In this document: positions 1 to 11,954 of the stretch, piece by piece
How the letters are laid out: the number at the start of each line of letters is the position of its first letter
How positions within the stretch are numbered: position 1 is the stretch's first letter
NCBI GenBank assembly: GCA_009103225.1
Contig: RHPI01003599.1
Location: 124,001-188,000, forward strand
DNA length: 64,000 nt
Reading direction: 5' to 3'
Source: Chlorokybus atmophyticus
Taxonomy: Eukaryota; Plantae; Mesostigma and Chlorokybus algae
Made by a program: the position numbers and the translations under genes
Notes under the pieces: model-generated
What the model was told of the DNA's origin: nothing
The model's database searches: none
Seen by the model: the letters and a program-made list of their open reading frames with translations, nothing else

Positions 1-70
1 CGGAGGACGAGGACGAGGAGGGGGAGGAGGAGGAGGAAGAGGCGTGAGGTCAGGTTGGTTGGGTGTCAGC

Positions 71-3000
71 ATGGGGGAGAGGATACTGCAACGCGTGCTC
101 CTGCCGCCGGAGCACGCCGACAAGCCCGCCCTGGTGGTCACGGATGGCGGGCCGGCGATCACCTACAAGCAGCTTGCCCAGCAGGTGTTTGTGCCTTTTT
201 CTGGCCTGCCCTGGCCTGGTGGTGGTGTGTCTTAGCTTGCATGCTGGTGCAGGTGGATTCCGTCGCCGAGCAGCTGGCTGGTTTTGGCCTGAAGAAAGGC
301 GACGTGGTGACGCTAGTGCTGCCCAACAGCCTGGAGAACGTGGTGGTGTTCTTGGCTGTTGCCTCCAGGCTGGGTGCCGTCGCCGCCCCACTAAACGCCA
401 CCTACACGGAGGAGGAGTTCAAGTTCTACATTGAGGATGCTGAGAGCAAGGCCGTGGTGCTGTTTAGGGAGGAGGGGAAGAATGCCGCTGCAAAGGCGGC
501 GGGCAACAGCCTGAAGCTGCCCATGTTTGTTGCTCAGGCCGACGACAAGGGCGTCATCACCCTCACGCATGTCGCCAGCTCCGCCGCCCCGGCCTCGGCT
601 CACAACGATTTGGCTGTCCCGTCTGAGGATGATGAAGCGCTCTTCTTGCACACCTCAGGGACAACTTCAAAACCCAAGGTAATGCGTGAAACAAACATGC
701 ATGCCCATGCATGCATGTTTTACGAGCGCATTGTGCATATGTAACCAGTAAACCAACACCTCTCTGTAAACTACACTGTCAGTATGCACTTTACAGCTTG
801 CAGTGTCAGCACATTGTGCGGGCATTGCACTCTTTGCAGTCCCATGCTCCTCCCCCACCGCACCTTCTCGGCTACGTGTGAAGTGTGATGCTCGAATGTT
901 ATGCGAACACCATGCCACGTTTGGTGCATGGCGTAGTGGTAAGCCCAGCTGTCCAGCCAGTCAGCATCTTTCGCCCTTGCATGCACTGGATGTTGATGTC
1001 TCGTTGGCATGTGAGGTTAGAGTAGTCAACAGCATGACTGAGTGTTGTGGCTTATAGCAGCACTGGTCGTCAAGAAGGCTGAGGTGACATGCAGCTGGTC
1101 TCAAGATACAATGAAGCATTAGTTTGTTAGCTTAATAGCTGAAGACCCCCCCCCTCCCCGTCTTTCTATCTTTCCATATCCTTGCGTGTTGTGCAGGGTC
1201 CAGTTAGGGTCCAGTAATGGCTGTTCCTTGTGTGATCATCTGTACACTTGTTGGGCTACATTCCCCCCCTCCCCCCTTTTATTGTGCTACTCGTAGCACT
1301 AAACCATATAATGAAGGGGCCAGGCTTGTGAGTATACTTGTGGTTTGCAGTCTTGTGCGCATGCTCGCAATTGAAGGCCACGCATTGCGCAGGGCGTGCC
1401 GCTGTCTCAGAAGAACCTTAGCATATCAATCAAGAATATAGTTGCAACCTACGAGCTTTCACCCGCGGACCGCAACCTGTTGGTGATGCCACTCTTCCAC
1501 GTGCACGGGCTTATGGCAGCACTGCTCGCCACGCTTGCTTCCGGCGGTGCAGTCATTATTCCTTCCAAAGGCGCATTTTCAGCATCCAGCTTCTGGACAT
1601 ATATTGAACAATACAGTTGCACATGGTACACGGCCGTGCCCACCATACACCACATCTTGCTCTCGAGAGCGAAGCAGGACTTCCCGGACGGCAAACACCC
1701 GCCGAAGCTGCGATTCATCAGAAGCTGCAGCGCCGCGCTCGTGCCAGCCGTGTTAAAAGAGCTGGAAGAGAAGTTTCAAGCTCCGGTGCTTGAGGCGTAT
1801 GCTATGACTGAAGCGTCTCACCAAATGACTTCAAACCCGTTGCCTTCAAGAGGGCCGCACAAGGCGGGAACTGTTGGGCTCGGGACGTACGTGGAGGTTG
1901 TCATTCTTGATGACAACAACCAGAAGCTGCCGCCAGGAAAGGTGGGAGAGATTTGCATCAAGGGTGAGAATGTCACTTCTGGGTACAAGAACAACCCCGC
2001 GGCGAATGAGGCAGGCTTCGCCGGTGGTTACTTCCACACTGGTGATCAGGGCTTCCTGGATGAGGAGGGTTATGTGACCATAGCTGGCAGAATCAAAGAG
2101 CTCATCAACCGAGGCGGTATGTTGTCCTGCATGTTGGTTTGTGTAGCAGCTTTTGTTGCGACATGCACGCGCACGCACGCGTGCACACTCATACACACGA
2201 GCGCATGCGCATGCTGGCGTGCACGCACATGCGCACACACATATATCAAAGCTGTAGCACGCATTCCAAAGTTGTTGTCAACTTGCCGGTGCCGCACTTG
2301 TTCATTGTCAGGAGAGAAGATTTCACCACTTGAAGTTGACGCTGTGCTGATTGCGCACCCGGCTGTGAGTGAGGTTGTGACCTTCGCGGCACCGGACCCC
2401 AAGTATGGCGAGGTTGTCAATGCGGGCGTGGTGCTGAGGCCGGGAGAATCGGCGACCGAAGCGGATCTGCGCGAGTATGCTCGCAAGAGCCTCGCGTCGT
2501 TCAAAGTCCCCAGCAAGGTCAGTGCGCACACAAAAAGTAAACACTTGTGCATTGCACTCAGTGCGTCGCATGAGTGCAATGAGTTAAAGCTACGGCCAGT
2601 AGGACTAGCGGACCTTCCACATTTCTTATGGCTCAACATGGAGCTATAGTGATACTCCTATACTTGTTGGTATCTGCTAGGAGGTAATGAGTATGCAACA
2701 GAGGTAGAAGGCGACGTGTTGTCCGTACATATACGTGTGTGTGAAGCGTGTGCCTGTATTGGTCTGTCTGTCTGTCGCTACCCAGGTGGATGGCCTTTGG
2801 CTCATGGCTAGTACTGCGTTGCAGATTTATATTTCAGACACTATACCAAGGACGGCCACAGGGAAGATCCAGCGGCGCATTGCCGCAGAGTTTTTCCTCA
2901 AGCCGCAGGGCCAAGCAGCTGATGCTGCCCAGGCCAACCCTGCCAGCTCCACGGCAGCAGCAGCGGACAGCAACGGCAGCAGCAGTGCGGACGTCGTGAG

Positions 3001-5327
3001 CGGGTTCGACATCACTGCGCGCGCTCTGGCCAAACTGGGGATTAAAACCATCTACGGCGTCATCGGCATCCCCGTGACGCAGTTGGCGACGTCCGCCCAG
3101 AGGGCCGGCGTGAGGTTCATTAGCTTCCGCAACGAGCAGGCTGCAGGGTATGCCGCAGGCGCTGCGGGCTACCTCACGGGCGTGCCGGGAGCATTCCTCA
3201 CTGTGTCGGGACCCGGAGTCGTCCATGGCCTTGCTGGACTCAGCAACGCCACCACCAACACCTTCCCGCTCATCATGCTGTCGGGATCCACCCAGCGCAC
3301 CAATGTCGGCAAGGGCGGCTTCCAAGAACTGGACCAGGTGAGATGAACTGCATAGGGGTGCAGTATGAGGCCGCCTTTGGCGTATGTGTGTGTGCGTGTC
3401 CATGTGTGCATGTGTGTGTGAGCATTCATGCGTGCATGCCTGTATGTGCCTACGTATGCGAGCGCATGTGTGTGTTACCGAGGCCTTGACACATTACCCG
3501 ACAGGTTGCTGCAGCCAAGCCCTTTTGCAAGGATGGTCAAACCTTTGCCATTCAGAAGGCCGCAGACATCGGCAAGGGCCTTCAACAGGCCATCACCGCA
3601 GCCGTGTCTGGTCGTCCCGGTGGCGTGTACATGGACTTGCCCGCAGACGTGTTGCGTGAAAACTTACCAGCTGCGGAGGTTACCAAGCTGCTCTCGGAGT
3701 TGTCACCTGTTTCATCTCCCAAACAACAAGCGGATGCGGCGGCCATATCTGCTGCAGCCGAAGCATTACGCACAGCAAAGCGGCCGCTTGTTGTGATTGG
3801 CAAGGGCGCTGCCGCAGCCTTTGCAGGTACACATGCACACGCGAATCACTCTCTTGCTGTGTTCTGGCATGCACGCTAAGAGGTTGCCATGGCCAACATC
3901 TTGTGATGCTGCTCCCAGAGACGGAGCTCAAGACGCTTGTTGAATCGACCGGCATCCCGTTCCTCCCCACGCCAATGGGGAAGGGCGTGCTGCCGGACAC
4001 GCACCCGCTGTCAGCCACCGCGGCGCGCTCGCTGGTGCTGGCCAATGCCGACGTGGCGCTTGTCGTTGGCGCCCGCTTCAACTGGATTCTGCACTTTGGG
4101 GAGGCCCCTCGCTGGTCAAAGGACGTAAAGTTCGTCCATGTTGACATTGATCCAGGTGCGCACGCACGCTCAAACACACGATGATGCATGACCTGTTCCA
4201 TTCTCGCGCACGCGCACACAAACTTACTCAGTCCTTTGCACTCAAGCATCCTTGACGATGTTTACATACTGACACGCACACACGCTCGCACAGTGACTCG
4301 TGCATGACCTCTTTTACAACACAGCATTGCAGCAGCATCAGCAGTTAACCAACGAGCCATCCTCAAGCTGTGTGTATCTTTGATAGAGGAGGCCAGGCCG
4401 CGCAAGGAAGGGGACATTGCGCTTGTGGGTCACGCCGCGACGGTTGTTGCTCAACTCAACAAGGAGATCAAAGACACCCCATTCTCTTTCGGTAAGGACC
4501 ACGAGTGGATCTCCCAGATCACCCAGCAGACCAGCAGTAGAGCAGCCGCATTGGAGAAGCGGCTGCAACAGGACGTGACCCCTCTGGACTACCACACTGC
4601 GCTGAGGGTGATACGCGACGCGTTGCTGGTATGTTGTGTTTGGTCTACAGCGCAGTTGTTGTTGTGGTGATGGAGGCATATCAGCAACTTGCTCTTTTGC
4701 AGGAAGTGAAGCCAACGCCCATGGTTGTCTCTGAGGGCGCCAACACAATGGACTTTGCACGCACAATTATACCCACTCTGGAGCCACGAGGTCGATTAGA
4801 CGCAGGAACATGGGGCACCATGGGCGTTGGTCTCGGGTACACACACATGAAAATGCACATTGTGCTTGAGTATTTGCCTCTCGTCAAGCTCATGTGTCAA
4901 CGCAACCCACAGGTACGCCATCGCTGCAGCAACAGTGCATCCGGACCGTTTGACCGTCGCCATCGAGGGCGATTCGGCGTTCGGCTTCAGCGGTCTCGAG
5001 GTGGAGGTCCTCGCTCGATACGACCTGCCCGTTGTAGTGATTATCTTCAACAACGGCGGCATTTACGGCGGCGACCGTAGGACTGTGTCCGATAATGTAA
5101 CTGGTCCGGGTGGGAAGCCCGACCCCGCACCCACGTCTTTTGTAGAAGGTGCAAAGTACGAGTTGATAGCTGAAGCCTTCGGGGCTAAAGGTTATGCTGC
5201 CGCGGATGCGAAACAGCTGACAGATGCGGTGAAGGAAGCGTTTGCGGCGAGGAAACCAGCAGTGATAAATGTGGCGATTGATCCAATGGCTGGCACGGAA
5301 AGCGGCAACATGCAGAGCCACAATTAG
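71..5327 (+). CDS. AAE3-OXC: Bifunctional oxalate-CoA ligase (AAE3/Pcs60-like ANL enzyme) fused to TPP-dependent oxalyl-CoA decarboxylase / 2-hydroxyacyl-CoA lyase; 10 exons, about 1110 aa
   Basis: Exons 71-184, 253-678, 1393-2116, 2312-2517, 2825-3337, 3505-3826, 3919-4155, 4387-4628, 4703-4836 and 4913-5327 are all GT-AG bounded, sum to 3333 nt and stay in frame. Ligase motifs: [70 protein letters not shown]-enzyme motifs: [69 protein letters not shown]. Confidence 0.95.
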
Positions 5328-5723
5328 CCTGTTGACTGGAGGTTGTACATATGTTGCTGTAGCACGGTTGTATGCGTTGCTGTGCAGAAACGGTTGGGTC
5401 ATATACTGTATGTGATGACTGTAGCTATGCGTGTGCTGTTGGGGAAGTGAGCATTGTGTGGTGAACATGTTTTGTGTGGTCAAAGGACTTCCATGCCTTT
5501 ATTGGTATAATAAGCATACTGTGATGTTATACCAATCTTTTGTTTGTCCCTGCAGCCAGCACATGCATTAAAGTGTATGTGGCGGTTGGATCTATTCGAC
5601 TAACATTTGCAGACATACACTGTTCATGGCATCAGCAATTACGTGGCTGCACCGGTTCATAATGATCTCTCTCTCATGTCTGCTGTTGTGCTGGTGTGAG
5701 TACCGTAGTGCTAGGAATGTTCC

Positions 5724-5921
5724 GACTGTTTTTTGTGTTAACGAGTTATTGCTTAGTTCGACAATTGTGCCGGAGGCGCTGTGAATGGTCATAAACGGCC
5801 TTAATTTAGGCCTTTACCAGCCTTGCAGAAGCCAATTCGGCATTTACATTGATTCAACGGCATGCAACAGTTATTCTTACGAACTTTCGACCAGCTGCGG
5901 CTGAGCGTTATTAAACTTCTC
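5724..5921. repeat. Left arm of an approximately 200 bp imperfect inverted repeat (partner 7661-7870)
   Basis: The sequence gactgttttttgtgttaacgagtta...ataaacggccttaatt...ccagccttgca...gcatgcaacagttattcttacgaactt...gctgagcg aligns to the reverse complement of 7661-7870 with scattered substitutions and one short indel. Confidence 0.9.
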
Positions 5922-6295
5922 AGCATATGAGGCATGCAATCTTTTGTACACACATGCAAGTGCATCACAGCATCTGTATATGCATGTGTAAGCTCATTGT
6001 TGCAATGCTCACTGTGCTAAAATGTTTGCCGGATCAGACCATTGGCTCTAAATGTAGAGCGACCACCCAACATGCCATGGGCAGCAAGCAACATTGCAAA
6101 ATCTGAAATGGGCATTGGTGCAGTGAGTATTGCAACAATGAGCTTACACATGCATATACATATGCGGTGTGATGCACTTGCATGTGTGTACAAAAGATTG
6201 CATGCCTCATATGATGCATGCAAGGGATATCATGCATCACTATACACATGGTGGCATTCACCAACTACACATACCGTATTTACCCGTATAGTCGC

Positions 6296-7120
6296 CCCCC
6301 CCCCTATGACAAGCCCCCTTGGCAAAAAAGGGTGGGGGGCTTGTGTAAATACTTGTACCCCCCCCGACCATTTACAAGCCCCCCACACGACTCAACGGGG
6401 ACCATTTTGCCCCGTGTGTAACGGGAAGGTGCATCAGATTACCACAAATCAACCATAAAAGTACCAAGTCTTTTGTGGTCGAGTGGGCTGTGACATTGGT
6501 CATCGGAGCTTGAGACCCGGGTTCGATTCCTGCCTTGCACACGAATTCCGCGGTCGTTGTTTCTCGATCCAATAATATCGTAAATGGTCACTTTATGAGT
6601 GCCATCATCGATGGGTCGCGACTTGCCTAATGGCAGTCGCGCCGAACTGACAAGTTCATTCGTCGCGGCAGGGCGCGACCTGCCTATCGCGGCGACGCGA
6701 CCTGTGGGGCCGGCAACGGCGCGCTATGCGCGCGCTGACCGGTATGGGCCTAAATTGGCCGGTCCCTGGCTGTGGGGCCGGTGACCGACCCTAAATCAGA
6801 CCCCTGGGAAGATTCCCCAGCTGATGAGCGCCAGCTGCCGAGGACGTCAGCGTTCTTAAGTGGGGGGAATGTAACGGGAAGGTACATTAAATTACCACAA
6901 ATTTGACCATAAAAACACCAAGTCTTTTGTGGTCGAGTGGGCTGTGACACCGTGACTTACGCTTACGCGCGTAGGTTACGCTGTTATGTGTGAGACTCGC
7001 GAGCGTCAAATGTAACCCTTGACGCGCGCGAGTCTGACAGGTAACAGCGTAACTCGCCGAATAGAGGCCCCCCCTATTACAAACCCCCCTCATAATAAAA
7101 GGGTGGGGGGCTTATGTAAA
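6296..7120 (+). mobile_element. Putative non-autonomous repeat module with terminal direct repeats, an internal 80 bp direct repeat and a tRNA-like Pol III A/B-box segment
   Basis: ccccc.a..acaa.cccc...aaaagggtggggggctt.tgtaaa occurs at about 6296-6350 and 7068-7120. 6417-6495 is repeated at 6870-6949. A-box-like TGGTCGAGTGG at 6476-6486 and B-box GGTTCGATTCC at 6520-6530. Confidence 0.5.
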
Positions 7121-7660
7121 AAGAGGGAGCTTCTCTACTGGTGACAACGGTAGCACACAATATGTTACATGATTCACCACCTGGCTACGCTATCTACACT
7201 ACCACTACGCTACTCGGCTTCCCAGTTAGTCATACAAGCATGCAAGTGTCAGAGTCAATCATCTGCACAACGGCGCAGGGTTAGCGACGAGCCCTTAGGC
7301 CCTAGCAGCAGCAGCCCAACAGGACTCCTTTCCATCGTCCCACACTGCCACCTCCGCCCACGCTGTACTCACTTACAATTGCATTGCAATTGCTGCCCCC
7401 AGGCAGCATGGCAGTGCACGTTAGGGTTAGGGTTAACCGGCATGCAACATGCACCACGTCAGCATGAAACTGCCTGTGCAATTGAGGTCGTCGCTGTGCA
7501 CAACAGCACTTCACATATCCTGTGCACTCACACGGTTCTGATGTTTGCATGAGTACTACTCTGTGCATACCAACAACTCACATCTACAGAGGCAGGTTGC
7601 AGATGGGTACCGTACTGTTAAGAATGTTTTGATTTTTGTAACTACAAACATTCAACTAGC

Positions 7661-7870
7661 GAAAAGTTTAATAGCGCTCAGCCGTAGCTGGTCAAAAGTT
7701 CGTAAGAATAACTGTTGCATGCCGTTGAACCAATGTAAACGCCGAATTGACTTTTGCAAGGCTGGTAAAGGCTTCAATTAAGGCCGTTTATGATCGTTTA
7801 ATCAAAAGTGGCAGCGCCTCCGGCACAATCGTCAAATTAAGAAGTAACTCGTTAACACAAAAAACAGTCA
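7661..7870. repeat. Right arm of the approximately 200 bp inverted repeat (partner 5724-5921)
   Basis: Its reverse complement matches 5724-5921. Confidence 0.9.
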
Positions 7871-8212
7871 GTGCAATCGCGAACGATGCACGTGAATGAA
7901 GATCAATCGAGTGGTTATGCAATAAGCTGTAGAACCCATCATCATACACTGTTTTGCATAGTGCAAAAATGTTTTGGTCTGCCAAGCTGCGATGTTGTGC
8001 GAGCGCACATCTCATTCGCTCTCTCTCGCAAGCGCGCGCGCAATAGAGAGGAAGCGCGCATTTGTGCATAAATATGTGCATGCGTGTTGGGCTGAGCTTC
8101 CGGTGTACGCAGTACACCGTAGGCTACCGTATTGACACATACATTACAACCCACAGTCAATTATGCAAATTACTCTTCATTTTAACTTTTTGCTGTTTTG
8201 ATGATACAAGTC

Positions 8213-8278
8213 TGGTGAATGCATTGATGGTAATGACGTTAAAGCCCAAGATACCTTAGTATACTTACAACCCAAGCC
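8213..8278. repeat. Left arm of an approximately 65 bp inverted repeat (partner 10984-11046)
   Basis: tggtgaat..gatggta.tg.cgttaaagcccaagatacct.a.tata.ttacaacccaagcc matches the reverse complement of 10984-11046. Confidence 0.85.
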
Positions 8279-8522
8279 ATTTCATTTATATTTTTCAAAT
8301 CGTGCTGTATGTAACACATGTTACTACGGTATTCTTTGCAAGGGGATATACGGACGTCAAATCACCACGGCAAAAGGGCCAGCAACATGGATACATTGTC
8401 ATGGACTTTGTTTACATATGCTTGATGTTAATGTGGCTTCTCGGAAGCCATGGTAAGGAGTTGGGTCTTCTCATTACTGTTTGCAGACGTTAAAGCATCA
8501 AGTCTAAGCTGAGGTATGCTCA

Positions 8523-10041
8523 GCCGTCGCAAATGTTACACCCTGACTGACCAGGGACTGAAGGACTGCTAGGTGCCTGACCCAAACTGACCTATCGGAT
8601 AGGTCCATGAAGGGACTTATGGGACGGCCGTTGCTACTAAGCAACACTCGATGACGGCCAGCCGCCGGCCGATAGTTACTCACGACGGTGGCTTGCCTGC
8701 AGTGGCAAGCACGTGACTATACCACGTGTTTACTGTGACGGCCGACCGCCAGTCGTCTATTGTGCGCGGCGGCAGCCTACCTGTTGCTTATCAATGATGA
8801 TAAGCAAGTGACCGGCCGTCCCTTGCCGCGTGTTTAATGTGACGGTCGACCGCCGGTCGTCCACTTAGCGCGGCGATAACCTGCCAGTTGCTTATCAATA
8901 ATGATAAGCAAGTGACCGGCCGTCCCGGCTCGGCGGCGAGCAATGCCGGTATTACCTTTAAATCGGACGGTGACACGATGCGATTGGCGTACTGTAATGG
9001 TACAACGCTCGAATGTACCATTCAAATGTGACCATAATAGTAAGATAGTTCCATTGTCTGACACAATGGCATCGGCGTACCATTCAAATGGTACGCCGGT
9101 GCCATCGTATCACCTCGTTTGAATCACTTGGCCTGCCCCAAGTGATTCAAAAGCTCAACGGCTTCAAGTGGAGACTGTTCAACCAGTTGCTGGGCGGCGG
9201 CGGCGGTGGCGGTGGCAATGGCCAATAGTAAGCTTGTTTGCTATATGCTATGACGCTTGGTATGGGCAGTGGCGCATGCAACCTAACCGCCCTTCCTTGT
9301 TGCCTCAGGGCGGTCAGCCCAGGCCAGGCCAGGCCAGGCGCGGCGGCGGCGGCGGCGGTACATGGTAAGGGGCAGCATCTGAGTGCATATGTTGTATATG
9401 TTGCTGTTGATGGCATTTGTTTGATTCAACAGCTTGCATGCTTTCCAGGAGCGGCGGCGGAGGTGGAGCGCGGTGCAGTGAGTGCAGGAGCGGCGACTTA
9501 GTCTACTAGTTTAAGGCCTTAGTATACTAGAGTGGTAGTAGCAGCTCAGTAGTGTACAATGTGGCATAGTGGTATGACTTGCAATGTCTTTTCTTTATCA
9601 CTTTCTAATTTAATTTTTTCTAAAAGGCCGTCTTTCACAGTTGATGCGAGGTATTCAATGATGACTACACAGCAATGACAGGTACCTGTAGCGGTACCCT
9701 TCTGTTACGGCAAGTATCTTGAAGGTACCATAAGGTACCTGTCAATCACACTTACTTAGTGTACAGTCGCCGGTACCTAACTGATACGTACCGGTTAATT
9801 ACCTACTAGTTGGGTTGGGTAAGTCCCTTTTACCTGGCTAATGGGTACCTTACATGTACCTGTCAGTCTAGGTCAGTTCCTTTATTAAGACGGCCGCCGA
9901 CTAACGGTGACGGCCGTTAAACTCAGGTCTCTGTATCGAGATTACAGGTGGACTGAGGTACGACAATCTAAATGAGTATCCTCAGGTGCACGGCCGTTGC
10001 CAATATTTAACCGGCCGGCAGGAGAAACATTTTGCGACGGC
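8523..10041. mobile_element. Hairpin-rich, non-coding putative TIR/foldback DNA element
   Basis: gccgtcgcaaatgtt (8523-8537) matches the reverse complement of aacattttgcgacggc (10026-10041). The interior has a duplicated ttgcttatca-nnnn-tgataagcaa-gtgaccggccgtc unit, 18 bp and 14 bp hairpins at 9066-9151, and many ggtacc motifs. No transposase ORF. Confidence 0.45.
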
Positions 10042-10093
10042 GCTGTTGTGGCTTACTCCTTAAGCATGTGTTAGCGTATGCCATATGCCAACC

Positions 10094-10094
<1 letters not shown>

Positions 10095-10125
<31 letters not shown>
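10095..10125. repeat. (CA)n microsatellite
   Basis: About 15 perfect CA units. Confidence 0.95.
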
Positions 10126-10127
<2 letters not shown>

Positions 10128-10983
10128 CCTGCTGCACAGCGAGCTTGGTTGTGTCTTAACATTTCATGCTATGATATTTGTGCGTTCAACGGGAACAAAT
10201 TGCCGTAATTGATTGCGAGGTCGATGGTGGTGGTGTGCATGGTCAGTGCTTCATGTTGGCTTAGTTGCTCGTAAATAGTCACCTTTTAAAATTTTGTCAA
10301 AAGTTTTAAATGGATGCCAATCCCGAGTTTGCGTTGCCCCGCACATTTGCTAGGGAAGTCAACTTATCAAAGCCACTGTATCAGGAGTTTGAGGCTGTAA
10401 CGCTAGCAAAGGGCCACTCGCAAGTCACGACCTGAAATCTTGCAAATAATGCCATTACGTAAGCATTGGGGCATGGCGTCGGCCTCAACATGAAGAGTAA
10501 CCATACTCCGAGTCTCTATAATGCATATTAATATGGAAGCTAATCACCTAAGCAACGCCACCGTAGAGGATTTTAGGAGTGTGACGGCGATGTTCTAGCA
10601 ACCTAGGCTGCAAAGATTGATCATACGGTTCAGATCTGAAGTTTTTGTTGCGCATTTTAATGAAGCCTCAAGAACATAGTTGCAGCAGCAGTTTAAGACG
10701 CGCATATCCGTCTCGTAGCCGTGGCAGGAGAATGCATTCTCATCCATTACGGTGGAACTGGATGGAAAGATTGCTTCTAAAAAGCGCTTTACAAAGCTCG
10801 ATTAATGTAATAACCCGTCCAGCGAAACATCACGGAAGGTCGTTGTGACGCTGGCTAAAGCTAAATATGCTTATACCACACTTGAGTGACGACAATGCAA
10901 CTCGCAATACAATTGTGTGATAACACACTTATATGACACAACACTCGCACACTAGCTTACACACATGTCACTCTTAACTTGCG

Positions 10984-11046
10984 GGCTTGGGTTGTAATTA
11001 TATTGAGGTATCTTGGGCTTTAACGCCACTACCATCGAATTCACCA
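10984..11046. repeat. Right arm of the approximately 65 bp inverted repeat (partner 8213-8278)
   Basis: Its reverse complement matches 8213-8278. Confidence 0.85.
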
Positions 11047-11954
11047 TAGAATTGTATGGTCAAAACAGTTAAATGTTGACATGAAAAATATATTCGCATT
11101 CCGTGTGCAAGACTTGCCCCAAGGCACAAAGATCGATCTTAATATGCAAGTTCGCCCCATATACATAAAGGGAAGCTTACAAAGTGCCCACTACCGCCAA
11201 ACACTCGCGTTCCATTGTGGTCTGATTTTTCTCCAAGGTTACTAAGCGCAATGCGCACAACAATATACGTAAATGCGGCATCAGCATCATTTGGGTGCTC
11301 ATACCTACTCATGAGTATTATCCGTGGTCGCTTGCGCTATTAAGCATTAGATCTGTACTTTGGATAGGAAAATGTGGTGTTTAAAGCAATGCCATTTGTA
11401 TTCTTCAAAATTAACTTGAAATTATAATATAAGGAGCCACAACCATATACTCTCTCTTCAGTAGTACGCATATCACTCACTCACACACCCTGCTACTAGC
11501 ACTTGTGCTTGCATTGTATCCATGCACAACATTGTGACAACATATCACTTGAAGTTGACGCCAGCTGGAGTGCTAAAGACAAAAGAGATTTACGGCTTAA
11601 CATTGTAAACTTATCACCTAGCCAAGTATTGTCCAGCATGTACCCATGTGTCACACTGTTAATGTGGCACATCAAGTGTAGTTGGTTTGTGCCTTCGTCA
11701 CTGAGGCTCAGTGTAGTGGGAAACTGTCATGTGCTACGCGACAGTGCGTTACATCAACAACAACGCCACATATACAACCATGAACGTGTCTTGTCCATAA
11801 TTAGTTCACAAACGGCAACGTTCTGATCTGGTAGGCATGTCACTACAAAGCCACACGCGCGCGCACACATATACACACACACATGAACACACACATACAC
11901 TCTACTACTATTCTTTATACACTGAATGCATTAAGTTAGCACTGGACAGCAGGC

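Noticed and set aside
2750-2830. AAE3 and OXC as two adjacent genes merged by mistake
   Set aside because: The last ligase motif and first decarboxylase motif lie in the same open exon, with no stop or intron between them.
6465-6540. Functional tRNA gene
   Set aside because: A and B boxes are present, but acceptor, D and anticodon stems do not pair convincingly. Treated as a tRNA-like repeat.
7420-7436. Interstitial telomere (TTAGGG)
   Set aside because: Only about two units, which is expected by chance or as a telobox.
8777-8925. CRISPR-like array of palindromic repeats
   Set aside because: Only two units, no spacer series, no cas genes, and a eukaryotic context.
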